A DNA stretch of 64,000 bases. It comes from Gracilinanus agilis (lineage: Eukaryota). Shown here piece by piece: positions 1-13,860 of the stretch. The notes below the pieces were generated by a model. That model was not told the origin of the DNA and ran no database searches. It saw nothing but the letters and a program-made list of their open reading frames with translations. The stretch lies in NCBI RefSeq assembly GCF_016433145.1, contig NC_058133.1:405124911-405188910 (forward strand), given 5' to 3'. A program made the position numbers and the translations under genes. Positions within the stretch are counted from its first letter, which is position 1. Each line of letters begins with the position of its first letter.

Positions 1-1072
1 TCCATTATTGTAAACATTGTGTGTGTATTGATCTTTTGGGTCTGCTTACTTTGTCATGTTTTTTATATCTTAAGTCAACTTTGTCAACTTACATTGTCAT
101 GTTTTCTATATCTTCCTCAAATTATAACCTCTAATTTAAGAAACAAGTAGGCCCATAGACATATAAAGTACAAGTATAATAAGAATAGCTTTATAATAAG
201 AAAATATTTAGATTTTGGGCCAAAATGAATTACTTTCAGCTTCTACTAGCTCTATATAGAGAGGTAGACAAATGACCCTTATTCCCTGACAGCATTTGGA
301 CTCTGTAGAGATGGACCTTGTGTATGTGCCCATATGAAAATCGTTGAAAGCTGAGGGCACAGCAAGTGCCAAGGGAAAGAGGCAGAAATACAGAGACAGA
401 AAGAGAATGTTCTTACATGCAAGCAATCACGAAGAATACAAATACTAAATTTTTGTTCTTTTTCCCCTATTAATCTTTGGAAACTTCTGTTTATAGATTC
501 AGCTATTCAGGGTACCTTTATTAATTAGTTAGAGATATAACTATCTGTGTGATTCAGAGACCAGGTAATTAGAGGAGATAGATAGTATGGCACTCCATCT
601 GTATCACTAAAATGATGAGAAACTGATAATTGCCATCAATCTTCTACTTCTGCAGTGTTTTTGTAACACTTAGCTTGAGAATTTAAAATTTTTTAAATGA
701 TTCATATTTGAAAATGTGGCATATCATAATAGTTTCTCAATATTCTGCAGTTTTGAAATAAAATCACTTCTACCCCTTCCTTTTAAATCTTTAAAATTAG
801 AAATTCATAAAATATGAATTTTACATTTACATTTTTAGTTTTAAAAATATCACCACCTCTTCGTCTCTTTCCTTTTTCCCCCATACTATGCAAACAAGTA
901 AAATAATGATTTCAATAATCAGACAATGTGAAGTTAGGGCATAGTTTCTTCCTCTTTGGTTCATGTTCAGTACTTCTCCTGACTATTCTAAAGTATTTGA
1001 GCTAGTCTTCTGTTGGAATAAGTAAAATAAAAAATTTAGAGAACTGTATTTTTGTCTAAATATACTATAGGT

Positions 1073-1288
1073 CCATGTTGCCAAACCTATGGAAGATATG
1101 CCAGAGGGAACTGCTCCTCTTCCTGTCTCCACTCATGCCTAAGGACATTTCTCTCATCACCCACCCCTTTGCCCTGCAGCTCAATGGGAATGCTTCCCCT
1201 CTCCCCTGTCTGGGGTAAGGGGACAGCACACATGCAGTATGAGGGTAGCAGTTTGGGTACTTAGTCTCTAAAAGGTTTGCCATCACTG
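1073..1288. mobile_element. Non-autonomous hAT-type DNA transposon (MITE), degenerate
   Basis: Left end CCATGTTGCCAAACCT and right end AGGTTTGCCATCACTG (reverse complement CAGTGATGGCAAACCT) are imperfect TIRs. The 8-bp flanks CTATAGGT / TCATAGGT match 6/8. Confidence 0.65.
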
Positions 1289-2745
1289 TCATAGGTGAAA
1301 GTTCAGCAATGAACTCCTTTTTCCATATCTCTTTGTAATATAAGACTGACCTCATTTTTTTGAGTAGGTTTATGCCAGCAGAACTCAAGTTCTACCTAGT
1401 CCTACCTACCTGGAAAAGTTTTGAGTAGGATCTTAGGGTGGAGTTCATGTCTTTTGAAAACCAGCTTACTACTTACATTTGGAGAGATTCATCACCAGAG
1501 GTTTATAAAGAAGTTATAGTCTTCACTAGACTTCGTATGACTTTGCCTAACTAGAATCTAATTCACTTATACCCTGTGATATCATTGGTCATCTTCAAAA
1601 ATGAAGGATGAACACCAAGAAGACAATAGAAGGTAGAAAGAGCACCTAAAGAATGGAAATAAGAAAAATTTTATGTATTGACTGTAACTTAGTGTAGGCA
1701 AATTATAGTGTATTTACAAATGGTTACACTTTCAAATTATGGTATAATTTGTTTGATGCTCGGGGGAAACTTAAGAATTCTTTTTTTTTTTTCTCCATCA
1801 AAATTTTAAAGGTTTTCTCATTTGCCAATTTATAAAAATATTCTGGGAAATTGTATGGATTTATTTGTTAGAACAGTGGCACTTCAAAATTAAATCTTTA
1901 TCTTTGCTTTCAATAGTGCAAAAATAGTGTTTCTCTTTACACAGATTTTTCTCATTTCTGTTGGTCATATCTTTTCCTTCATTTACATGCTCTTTAATGA
2001 AAATCAATTTTAACAACTTAGGTTTTTCTCATTAAATTTTCTGTCTCAACTAATGCCTCCACTTCTCCCAATGTTCCAGTGCTTCTATCAGCTTAAACTT
2101 AAAACTATGAGCTTAAACTTCTATCAAATTAAACTTAAGTATTTCATGTGTGCAAAGTACTATTCCAGCTATGGAAAATACAGATAATATATAAAATATA
2201 GACAAGGTCCAGTTTTGTCCCAATGGCACTTTACAATCTAGGAAGGGGTAAGATGTAAACAAAATAGTTACAATTTGGAATATTGAATGCATTAGGTGGT
2301 TGTGAAATTAAATTTAACAGATATTTTTTTAAAAAGTTCCTGTTATTTTCAAAGATCCGGGGAGTCAAGTATTTTTAAATATTATATTTCCTGCCCTTTA
2401 GTTTGCATCCCATTGAGATGTGAGTGAGACTGGGTACTAATGTGGCATGATACTTCAAGATCTTGGATGTTAGAAAAAAAGAGGACTGATGAGCTTTAAA
2501 ATTCTGAAGAGAAAGAGGAAACTTTTACAGCTAGGAGAAGAAATAAAGTAGCATTAAGTAAGCATTCAGGCATGTTTTTTCCCCATTGACCATTTTTAAT
2601 CCTAAAATATCAACTTTTGTCAGAGATTGGTTTTACTCATTATTTTGATTTCTATAGATAAATTATATTGATTCAAACTCCCTCTGCTAGTACATAGTGA
2701 AGCCAATCCATGTCTTTTTTTAAATTGACATAATTATTTAAATAA

Positions 2746-2983
2746 GGGCAGCTAGATAGCACCACGGATATAATGATGGACCTACAGTCACAAAGACCTG
2801 AATTCAAATTTGACTTCAGATACTTTCTAGGGGTATGATCCTGGACAAGTCACTTTACCTGTTGGCCTCTGTTTCCTCATCTGAAAAATGAGCAGGAAGA
2901 GGAAATGGCAAACTACTCTAATATCTCTGCCAAGAAACTCCCAAATTGGGTCACAAAGAGTTGGACATGACTGAACAACAACA
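2746..2983 (+). mobile_element. MAR1-like CORE-SINE with RTE-derived tail
   Basis: gggcagctag head, CORE, tail ggaaatggcaaactactcta...ttggacatgactgaacaacaaca. Confidence 0.8.
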
Positions 2984-5317
2984 CAATTCTTTATCTAAAT
3001 CCCCAATATAATGGTCTCTCTTTAATCCTTATACTATGTTGTGGTCACCAATACAAAATAATTTCTTTCCAGTTTTTTCTTGTTCTGGAAGTGCACACCC
3101 ATATTTTATTTTATTTCATTGTCTATTTTATTTTATTCTTATTTTCAGTTCCAAATTCTCTCCTTCCTTCTACCCTTCTGCTATTCATTGAGAAGGCAAG
3201 AAATATAATACTCATATATATGAAGTCATGTAAAACATATTTCTGCAGTAACTATGTTCAAAGTGGGGAGGATGGTAAAGAAAAAGAAAACAAAATGCTT
3301 CAATCTGTGCTCTTGTATCCATCATTTCTCTATCTAGAGGTAGATAGCATCATTAGACTTCTGAAATTGTGATAAATCTTCATATTGATCAGTTACTAAG
3401 TCTTTCACAGTTGATCATTATTATAGTGCTACTGTGTATATTGTTCTTGTTCTACAGTTTTCATTTTGCATCTTTAAAAAGCAAAGAGCTGAGACCCAGA
3501 GAGGTAGAAAAGCTTCTCCATTCCTTAGTACAACTAATTAAGAGTCTGATAAAAGATCACAAAAGTAAATAATTTGTGTGATGTAACATTTGTGTCAGAC
3601 TTGCCTTCCAGTGTTAAAAGTCTAAGGACCCTTTGAAGACTTCTCACTACTTTGACTCACTGACCTTACCCAAGAAATTGGAAGAACTTGAGTGTATTCA
3701 GTAACAATGTAACAATCAGATTATTTTAAAGATTTAATAGGTTTATAAAGTTTCAAAATATAGAACATTTATTTGCACTGAGCCTGTAGAATCAAGAGCT
3801 AATATTGACTCCACCAACTCATTATCTTCTCAGGCTCCCAGTTTCTAGAACATGTGTCTGTAACTTGAATGAACAAATGAATGAATGAAAATGAATTTAT
3901 TAAGTGCTTATTATTTACCAGTCACTATGCTAAATGCTATATGGACAAATGCAAATAAATAATATAATACCTGCTTTCAAGGAGCTTACATTCTAAAAGG
4001 AGGACATGTTCTATATTGGTTTATTTGTAAATGTGTTCTCCTTGAGACCAGAGACTGTTTTTTTTTTTTTTCTGTCAGTGTTTAGCTCCAAGCATAGCAC
4101 ATAGTAGGTGCTTAATAGATGATAGTTGACTAAAATGGTTTATTCATCTGCTTCTAGCCATCATTAGTTGCAGTCTGAGCTATCAAAGCTCCATATCCCA
4201 GGGTCAGAATCTGAATTCTATTTGGAGAAGTAGAAGACCTACAATAGTTAGATAACGGATAAGTTTTGGACCTGTGCTCAGAATTAGCCAAATGATCTAG
4301 GGCTGTTTCTTCTTGTTCTCCAAAATATAGACGGAGGAGAAGGAGAGTCTGTGACAGTTGCTTTGCTTTAATATTTCACCTCTTTTCACTTCCTTGGAAC
4401 TAATTGACTTAGCTTTGATAATACTAAGGTACATGAAAGTTTAGTCTATGTTCTTTAAACTCCTATATTTAACTTGGTCAGGTATATGTAGGTAGTTCCA
4501 TTTCTATACCATATTAGCTATCTTAATCTTGATATGTAGAAGACAAAAATTTTCCTGTACTTTCTTATAGCTGTGGAGACAAATACTAGACAAATACTAA
4601 TGTTACTTTTCTTCATCATGATTGAACAGTAATTCTTTTTATTTAAAATTACTATAGTACTTGGTTAAGAGTTTGGCCTTTTGTTGTTGTTGCCCAAAAT
4701 ATGTTTGTGAAAATATTCAATCAGTCAATCAAAAAACATTTATTAAGCATCTATTTATGTGAGACACTAGCTAAGCTCCTTGAGGGCAGGGAATATCTTT
4801 TGCCTCCCTCCGCCACCCCTGCTTTTTAGTATATTAATCAATGTTTATTGACAATCAAATCTCAATTTTTGATGATTCTAGTTAAGGAAAAAAACCATGA
4901 ATCAAAAAGGTCTGTTAATTCTACTTCACATGTGTAATTGATGGCATTAATGCTAATTGGGTTTCATTTACAAAGAGTTCATTGTTCACTCAAACTGACT
5001 CCATTCCAAGGAAACAAACTTTATAAGAGAATATAGTAATAGAGTAGCTAGTATAGTAAGTAATTAATTAAGTTAAGGTAAGTAGGTATGGTAAGTAAAG
5101 GTGAGAGAGAATAAAAGTAAGAGGGACTGTGTATAGGGGTTGTCAGGAATGCATTTTATCTAGATTAGTTACTAAGAAAGGGAGCATTTGTTTGGGCAGT
5201 TATCTTGGGTCTCCAGGAAAGGGATATCATTTTATCCATGATTCACTCTGTTTGCCCACTGCAGGGAGCAAACTGTAGTGTAAATGGATGCTAATGATAT
5301 GTTAAATGCCCTGGGGT

Positions 5318-5490
5318 GGGGGCAGCTGGGTGGCTCAGTGAATTGAGAGCCAGGCCCAGAGATGGGAGGTCCTGGGTTTAAATGTGGCCTCAGACACTTC
5401 CCAGCTCTGTGACCCTGGGCAAGCCACTTAATTCCATTGCCTAGCCAATTGGTTCTAACATGGAAGGCAAAGGCTCTAAATAAATAAAAA
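5318..5490 (+). mobile_element. SINE1_Mdo-like tRNA-derived CORE-SINE
   Basis: GGGGCAGCTGGGTGGCTCAGTG head, GGTTTAAAT B-box variant, CORE segment gaccctgggcaagccactt. The tail expands into a microsatellite. Confidence 0.85.
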
Positions 5491-5640
5491 AATGAATGAA
5501 TGAATGAATGAATGAATGAATGAATGAATGAACAGACAAATAAATAAATGAATAAGCAACTAAATAAATAATTGAATGAATAAATGAATAAACAAGTAAA
5601 TAAATAAACAAATAAATAAGTAAATGGATTAATGAACAAA
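5478..5640 (+). repeat. Compound (TAAA)/(TGAA)n tetranucleotide array
   Basis: A pure TGAA run at about 5492-5530 grades into degenerate TAAA/TGAA/CAAA units. Confidence 0.9.
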
Positions 5641-7820
5641 CGCCCTAGGGCAATTTTAGGTCACTTTTGCCTTATTCTGCACAGACTCCAAGAAAGGCAC
5701 AGAGTATGGAATTGAGCATTTTTTGAACCTAGTCTTGTGTGACTTAGAAACTGAATCACCTGTACTTGCTGGCCAGAGACCCTAAACAAGGACTTAGATT
5801 ATGTCTAAAGATTGATGTGAGGAATTTTCTCATAATTTTGATCTAAGCAACTCATGTGTCTTATTTGAAAGTAGTCCTATTCTAATCAACTACTTATTAT
5901 TTCTAAGTTCTTTTGGTTGTGCACAGCTACTTAGCAGGGTTTGTGGGACTTATCAACCCACATCATAATCAATATTATATTGCTTGCCTTGTCAAGAGGT
6001 GGGAGAGAATTGAGGAGGGAGAGAATTTGTATTTCAAAAAATTTTTAAATGAATTAAATTTTTTCCCCTCTACTTGGGAAATATATGAAATAAATAAGAA
6101 ATTTAAAAGATCCATTAATTCTACATATAATATTTTTCACAGTATTCAATCGATGAAAATATAAATTTTCTACATTACTCCATGCATCCTACCCCTCTCC
6201 CTAAATATAGAAAGAAAGACAAATGCTACAAATATGTATGATCAAACGAAACAAATTCCTACATTGGCCATATCCTATCCTTGCCACATAAAATAAGTAT
6301 CTCAATCTGTTTTTTTTTAGTACATCAACATCTCTATTAGGATTTGGGTAACGTGTTTCATCATGAGTTCAGAATCATAGTGGTTGTTCATTGTGTTGAT
6401 CAGAATCCCAAAGATTTTTAAAGTTGACCAATATAAATTTTTAACCAGCAGTTTCTTCCTCACTTCTCACTAAATTTCTTTTAGGAGATAATAAAACATA
6501 CTGACAAAATGGAATTTTTAGCATTTTAAAAGTTGATCTTTTCAAGTCCTACCAGGGAAACTGTCAAATGACCAAAAAGCTAAGAATAAGGTCCTTAAGA
6601 GTCTGCCTTATATGGAATTAATCAAGAGTAAAGTATGTAAATAGAGGATGCCATCATCCAAAACAGTTCAAATTTCAAGAAGAATTCTGTAGATTCTCAA
6701 TTGCTATGTAAAGAATCTGAAATGTCTTTCAGAAATAAAAATAGTTTCCCCCCAAATTCATTCCTTGTTATTGTTATGAAGAAAGACACTACAGCAAAGT
6801 TTTTTTTTTAAAAAGGGAGATAAAACCTTAAAATGATCTATTAAAATCTTTTGCAAACTATTTTACTCCAGAAAGAACTCTTCTGAATTACTAGAAGTGC
6901 ATGAGATTTTAAGAGGATAGCAAAACATTAAAAGTAATTTTCATTTAGTTGATGAAAACGTTTTTATTCAGATCTTTTGCTATGGTTATTTAATGATTTT
7001 AGAGCTTTAAAAATTCCTTGCAGACAAATGTGGGCTCAGTAAAGTAGCTAGCATGGCCTGTGGTCCTTTAGTGTCTTAATCACTATCCATTTTTATAGGT
7101 GCAGGGGTTAAAGTTTAACTCTACTTGAAAGAACAAAAGTGTTAAAGACCAACTGTGCTGAGAATCATAAATTTGCATTGAAAAAGCCTGGCAAGGGAAA
7201 AATTGCATTTGCCTCAGTGTGAGTTAGAACATATTTTAAGATAATTGGAGACTGTGTTTTTTAATGTATTCTCTTTAGTTTAGTTTAAATTTTGTGTAGT
7301 TTAATTTGTTTCTACCTCTTAATTTTTTTCTTTTACTTAATGTATTCTAAAGGATGTAAAATGCTTCTGGAGATCTCATTACCACTTGTGAAATTGCCTT
7401 CTTCTATTCCATTGGATGTAATTTTTTTGTCATTCTGTATAACCAAAAAAAAGTATGCTAAAATAGGCTATTATATTTTTTGCAATCTCACAGTTAGAAA
7501 TGAAGACTGTAAAAGTGCATTTTATATAAATTTCAGTACAGTACAATAATATCTGTTAGGTGAATATCTTAAACACATCATCATTTTTCTTATGTTTTGA
7601 CATTTACATCCTATAGGAGTCATTTTTTTAGCCCAAGTTCTTTTTTTTCTCATTTCTCTGATTTGTAAAATTTACATTTTCACTTGTAAACTGAATTAAA
7701 TTCTGGCTATTAGTCACTCCCGGCAGGTATGGGCATAGGTGGTAAAAATGAAGAGGATGCTCCATTTTCTTCTGTACACAACATTAAGTTCTAACAAGAT
7801 TCTTGTTTTATTTTGCAAAG

Positions 7821-7950
7821 GCACTGAGACGTGAATTGAAAGAAAAAGAACATTCTATATTGAATGCTGTAGACCAAGCTCGAGTCTTTCTTGCTGACCA
7901 GCCAATTGAGGCTCCTGATGAACCAAGACGTAACCTGCAGTCTAAAATAG
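7821..7950 (+). CDS. UTRN: Utrophin internal coding exon (homologue of DMD exon 58), 130 bp, phase 0 to 1; [43 protein letters not shown]
   Basis: Acceptor ttttattttgcaaag|GCA, donor ATAG|gtgagt. The translation closely matches the utrophin rod sequence as recalled (human [42 protein letters not shown]). Confidence 0.96.
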
Positions 7951-8224
7951 GTGAGTTTGGCTTTTTAAAAAGTGATTTTTATCAAAGAGCTGTTGGAAAT
8001 TAATAAAATTAGTATAATTAATTGAAGGAATAAAATCTAATAATAGAGTTCCTAAAACATTTCCTTTTCCACTAGTTTTAGGCAGATAACTATTTATTCC
8101 TAAATAAATAATCTAAATATTAAAAAAATGATGGATGAGATGAGATCTGAGTTGAGCCTTGAGAGATGGACAAGATTTCCACTGACAAAGGAGAAAGAAG
8201 GGTGTTACAGATTGAAAATCAGTT

Positions 8225-8460
8225 AGATGTGGTGCATGTAGATAGAATGCTGAACTTGGAATCAGAAAGAACTGAGTTTATGGCCTACCTCAGTTACTTA
8301 ATCACTATTTGACCCTTAGGCAAGTCATTTTTCCTCTGCCTCAGTTTTTCATCTTTAAATTTGGGATAATAATAGTGCCTATCTAACAAAGTTGTTCTAA
8401 GGATTAAATGAATTAGCACAGGAAAAGTGCTTTGCCATTCTTAAAGTGCAATATAAATGA
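8225..8460 (+). mobile_element. MIR-type CORE-SINE ending in (GAT)n
   Basis: CORE ggcaagtcattt...gcctcagtttttcatctttaaatttgggataataatag and MIR tail gttgttctaaggattaaatga. Confidence 0.7.
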
Positions 8461-8468
8461 GATGATGG

Positions 8469-8501
<33 letters not shown>

Positions 8502-8502
8502 C
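8459..8502 (+). repeat. (GAT)n microsatellite
   Basis: Direct reading. Confidence 0.95.
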
Positions 8503-9334
8503 GACAGTTACAACATTTGTCAAACAGTGTAAAGATTGGTCTTTTTTTATTTTTATTTTTTAAAAGTCTGATCTAAGTGAGGGAAGTGTTCCAGAGTAGT
8601 GGAAAAGAAGATTGGGTGGGTGGAATGTGGTCACAATTTCAAGAGACTTGAAAAATAAGTAGAGGAATCAGTCTTTGTTATTCACATTATCTCACATCAT
8701 GAAATTTTAATGCCTATCTCAGGTTTACCTCTATCATTATCATACCATCTCCCTAGAAAATATGAACATAATTTTTTATAGTTACTGTGTATAAAAATCT
8801 TGATGTTTTCATGGAGCTGAAATTTTACTGTTATTTCCCCCAAGTACAGAGGTACATATATAATGGTTCTTCGCTTAATATTTGCTGTTGATGACAAGGA
8901 TTGAAATTTACCCCCAAAAATATAGAATATAAGCATGCATTTTATTAGACTATGACATTTTTAGGTGTGATGCTTATATTGATTGATAAACTAGACGCTA
9001 ATTTAGCATTTGGAACCTTTGACTTTTCTTTATAATTATTAATTTTCATATTCCTCCAATTAGTTTCTTATTATTCTTGTTCTTTGCTTATTTCCTTATT
9101 TCCCATTGGCTTTTATGAGCAGAGAACGTTATATTTTAATTATGTTGTATGATGCTGTGTATGAGGCTTGAGGGTTTAAGGAGGAAGGAAGACCTAGGAG
9201 AAATAGCATTTTGGATCCTCGTCTTTTTTGGCTAATTCCTTTTCTCTTCTCCTCAGTGGGTATAAACCACTCAGAATGTATATGTTTGCTACTCAGAGTT
9301 TTGGGCAGAATTTCTGTGCTAATGGCTCACAACC

Positions 9335-10200
9335 AGTCAGCTAATCAGCAATTATTTATTAAGATATTGTTCTGTGCTCAGCCCTGGATACAGAAATTAA
9401 AAAAATAAAACATTTTCTATTTGAATTGAATTTATATTCTAATGTGACAGAGAACAATTAAATATAAAGAAAATATCATATATCTGAAGAATATAAACAC
9501 AAATACATTCAAAATACTTAAATATCAGTCTGTTTGGAAGGTAGATTCTTCACAATTGAAGGATTAGGGAAGGTTGCATGTAGAAGGGACTGCTATGCTC
9601 TCTTGAATCAAGAGCTGGCATTCAATGATGCAGAATTAAAGAGGAACTGAATTCTAAGCAATCAGTCATTTAACATTTTTAAAATACACACGTTAGCCAG
9701 ACAACAAAATAGAATCTTATGAAGAACCAAGAAGGCCAGCTTGGCTGGAATGCAGAATTTGGGAGGAGCCATACTATTTAGTATGTTTAGACAGGTAGTT
9801 GGGGGCAGGTTTTAGAAGCATTAGAAATCCATTGTAGTTGGTTGAGTAATGGAAGCAACTAATCAGATATGTAATGAAGGAAAATTATGTTGGTAGCTGT
9901 GTGTAAAGTAGATTGGAGTAGTAAGAAATTTGAGGCAGACAAACCACTTAGGTGGCTATTGTAATAATCGAGCCTAGAGAGTAGTGAAGGCTTGAAATAA
10001 TGTATTAGTTAAGTATGTGAAGAGAGAGAAGGTTGAATGAGAGAAATGTGAAGATAAAAATGTGAAGATTTGACTCTTCGTTGCATAGGTGGGGTAAGGG
10101 AGAATGAGGAGTCAGTTATATTGATGAGGTTATGAATTTAAGAGAGTGGAAGTATTTTTTACAGAAATAGGGAAGTTTGGACAAGGAGGGGGTTTAAAAA
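9335..10200 (-). mobile_element. L2 fragment, antisense; boundaries approximate
   Basis: Starts with an L2 3'-end-like motif (aatcagcaattatttattaagatattgttctgtgctcagccctggataca), followed by purine-rich antisense L2-like text. Confidence 0.5.
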
Positions 10201-10207
10201 AGATAAA

Positions 10208-10470
10208 TGGTTCAATTTTGTTGTTCTTTAAGTCATTTCAGTTTTGCCCAGATCTTTGTAACCCATTCTGGGGTTTTATTAACAAAGCTATTGGCAAGGT
10301 TTGTTATATCTTTCTCCAGCTCATTTTATAGATGAGGAAACTGAGGCCAACAGGATTAAGTGACTTGCCCATGGTCACATAGCTAATAAATGATGAGGTT
10401 GGATTTGAACTCAGTTTTCCTGACTACTGGCCAGGGGCTCTATCCTCTATTGCACCTAGCCACCTCTGGT
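10208..10470 (-). mobile_element. MAR1-like SINE, antisense
   Basis: Reverse-complement head, CORE and tail (ttgttgtt...gatgaggaaactgaggcc...cacctagccacc). Confidence 0.7.
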
Positions 10471-10933
10471 TCAATTTTAGACAAGTTGAGTTCAAAATAA
10501 TTATAGGACATTGGACTACATATGTAAATCTGAGAGTTAGTAGCATAGAAATCATAGTTAAATCTTTGACAGTTTGTGAGGTTACCAAGAAAATATATCA
10601 TGGGAAAAGAGGGCCCAGGAGAGAACCTTGAGGAGAACTCACATGTAGAAGTTTCAGCATGCGTGATGTGCCATCAGATTGAGCATAGGGCATCTCTACT
10701 TGGATATCCTTTTGTCCCCATAAACTCAATGCATCCAAAATGGAACTACTGAGATTCCTTTCCTAAACCTTTCTCCCTTTCCAGTATTTCTGATTGTGGC
10801 ACCAAATCACTCACTAGAATAACCCATTTTGGTGTCATGTTTTCCTATCTCTGCAGTTTTGTTCATAAAACTTCTTTCACCTGAATTGTCTCTTCAGTTT
10901 CTATGCTTTGTTTCTATCTATTAAAACCTATAA

Positions 10934-11131
10934 GGGCAGCTAGGTAGCTCAGTGGATTGAGATTCAGGCCTAGAGATGGGAGGTCCTAGGTTCAAATCCG
11001 GCCTGAGATACTTCCCAGCTGTGTGACCCTGGGCATGTCACTTGACCCCCATTGCCCACCCTTACCACTCTTCCACCTAGGAGCCAATACAAAGAATTTA
11101 AGGGTTTATAAAAAAACAAAAAACAAAAAAA
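10934..11131 (+). mobile_element. SINE1_Mdo-like SINE (short 3' variant)
   Basis: Full head and CORE, A-rich tail, flanked by an imperfect (a)aacctataa repeat. Confidence 0.9.
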
Positions 11132-11227
11132 CCCTATAACAATTCTTCAAAGTCCAGTGTAAATTATGGATTCTCCATGAAATCTTACCTAATCCTTCTA
11201 GATGGAATTTTTTTTTTTTTAATTCTA

Positions 11228-11432
11228 GGGGGCAGCTGGGTAGCTCAGTGGATTGAGAGTCAGGCCTAGAGACAGGAGGTCCTAAGTTCAAATCTGGCCT
11301 CAGACACTTACTAGCTGTTTGACCATGGACAAGTCACTTAACCCTCATTGCCTAGCCCTTAATGCTCTTCTGTCTTAGAACCATTACAAAGTATTGATTC
11401 TAAGGTTGAAGGTAAGAGTTTAAAAAAAAAAA
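11228..11432 (+). mobile_element. SINE1_Mdo-like SINE (long 3' variant)
   Basis: Full head and CORE, 3' end ...gtattgattctaaggttgaaggtaagagttt, then poly-A. Confidence 0.9.
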
Positions 11433-13399
11433 ATCTCATACTTGTACCACATTCTAACATTGTATTCTGTAGTTGTGTGGTTTTCTTATCATCAGAATTG
11501 GAGTATAAACTTCTTGAAAGCCCTACCCTTCTTTCATTCAGCCTTTATCCAATCCCAGACACTCATTGAATGCCTAGTAAGTGTACAATTGAATTAAAAT
11601 GTGAAATTATTATCAGAATTAGTAGATTAATTATTACAATTATGTTTTAGATAATTCTGCATTGGGACATATGTATCAGTACCAAATAAACATAATATGT
11701 AGTTTCAAGTATTTTTAATAGATAGAATTCTCTTTTTCTTCATTGCTTATGTTAATTGCTATCATCAATATTCCTAGCCACAGGGTACAGGTAGACCTTT
11801 TTTCATTTGCATTTCTGTTTATTGTCCTAATTCCTTGAAAGATGAGGAGTAGCTACATAGGGGATGCCTGGCTTTTTTGGTAATCTTTTCTCTATTTAAA
11901 ATCCAAACTTTAATATATGTTACATTTATACACCACCAGGACAATTGATGATCTTTTTTGTTTTAGTCATGCTCTGAATGAAGGTTTTTCCAATGTGCTA
12001 TTATTTGAGGCTTCTTTTATCATATAGAACTTAGAAAATAATTACCTTCTTTCGAATCTATATGACATAATTACAGAAAATTGCTCTTATAGAGGAAAAT
12101 TATAGGGCATGAAAAGCACAGTAAAGTAAAAAGCTATTTTCTTTCCCAGGAGTTCTATCTACAGATCAACAATATGTCCTTTCTGAAATAAAGAAGTCTC
12201 TTGTTAATATAATGTCATAATCTTGTCTACAACTTTTATGAAAACTACTGTCTCCTCAGAAAACTACTTGATTGAGCAAAAATTTCCAAAATTTTTTTTG
12301 TCATTTTTGTGAATCATATAGTAGAGATCTCTTTAAATAAGTAGATCAAGAGTCTAGATGAGCAATTGCTTGATAGCAAAGGTTAGTTTAATGGACACAT
12401 CACTTTAAATTAATTGTTCACCATCTGGTGTGTCTTCTAATTACTATAGCAACTCCAGCCTCATAAATCACATTGTCTCATAAAAAAGATGGCAGTAATT
12501 TACATGTATGTTTCTTATTGTAGTCAACATCTGGTATGTTACTTCTTGATTCAGGCATAAAGAATAAAAGGATAATGTGCTCCCTTAATGTGATGGCATG
12601 AACTCCTAAATAATTGTATTTTTCTCATGTACAAAGCATGAATTTATAATAGCAAACTCTACGGGTTTTACCCTTATTCTAAAATGCTCTTTTGGTGCAG
12701 TTGTAAAGTCTTCTTTTCACTTAGATTCCTCCTTTAGTGACCATACAACATCAGTCATAAAACTAGCCAATGGCTAAGAGAATAGCTTAGTTTATGTAGA
12801 GGTGAAATGAATATTTCTATTTGAGTGAGCATTTTTCCCTTCTAAGGTCCAGTGATATTGGGTAAGATGAAAGAAACAAATATTAGAATCAAGTGGTCAA
12901 AAGAAAGTCAAGGATAAGAGAAACTCCTCAAACATTCCAATGAGCAGATCCCTCCTTGTATTCAAATACTCTAGGTATACCTCCTACACCTATTACCTTA
13001 GGATTGAAATGGCAGTGTTTTCCCTAGGTCAAAACCATTTCTAGATTTGAAATGAAAAAAATGTTTTCAAAAATTTGAAATGAAAAAAAAAAAAAAAGTC
13101 TTTCCTTCTAGCTATACTCCAGTGCCTTATCAAAGTGTAAGGGTAACACTGGGTCCTTAAAGGCAATGTCAGCATTGCACAAGCTTTTATTTATTCATTT
13201 TTTTGAGGTTCCAATAAGCTTGGGACACTTTGAATGTGATCCTCAAAAGCAAATTGTTTTTTGAATGCCATAGTATTTAGTAAGTACTCTGGACTATATC
13301 TGTGAATGTGCCACATGGTGCTGAATCTTTTTGCCATGATACCTTATTAAAAAAAAAATAAAATTATAAAAAATAAAAATATAAAGTGGCTTTCAGTCC

Positions 13400-13860
13400 T
13401 TTAGAGCTTTCTTTTATTTATCTAATTACATTGGTCCATAAACAATGATTTGAGCCCAGAATTGAAAAGGAAAGAAGACAAGTCTACATTCTCTTTGGGA
13501 AACTGCACAGTGGTTTTAATGACTATAATCTCCCAGAAGCAAAAGTCCATCTGGTGATAGTCTGTGCCCAAGGGTCATAGAATACCAGTGTCTCAACAAG
13601 ATAAAATTGAGGGTCAGCCAAAGGACAGTGGAAAAGCACTATTTATTCCAACCAAAAATTATATAGATAAAGCTATGTAAAGGATATAACCTGAGAGGTC
13701 TGACCATAAAAGAAGGGTACAAAGGTAGACCAAAGAATATTCATTAAGTGACCTATATACTCCTCTAGTCTCCAAGCAATATCCAAAAAGCTAGAGTTAA
13801 GTAGAGTCAGAGGCTGAGGCCTGGAGTAATTGGAGTCAAATTTGTGAAGGGATTTAAATG
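13400..13860 (+). mobile_element. RTE-type LINE fragment, decayed
   Basis: aacaatgatttgagcccagaattgaaaagg...ctttgggaaactgc...ttgagggtcagccaaaggacagtggaa resembles the 3' part of marsupial RTE ORF as recalled. Confidence 0.5.

Noticed and set aside
5232-5639. 135-aa minus-strand ORF
   Set aside because: It is made of a stop-free tetranucleotide array plus antisense SINE sequence.
7951-8003. ORF 7803..8003 extends beyond the exon on both sides
   Set aside because: Only 7821-7950 is flanked by splice sites and matches utrophin; the flanks are intronic read-through.
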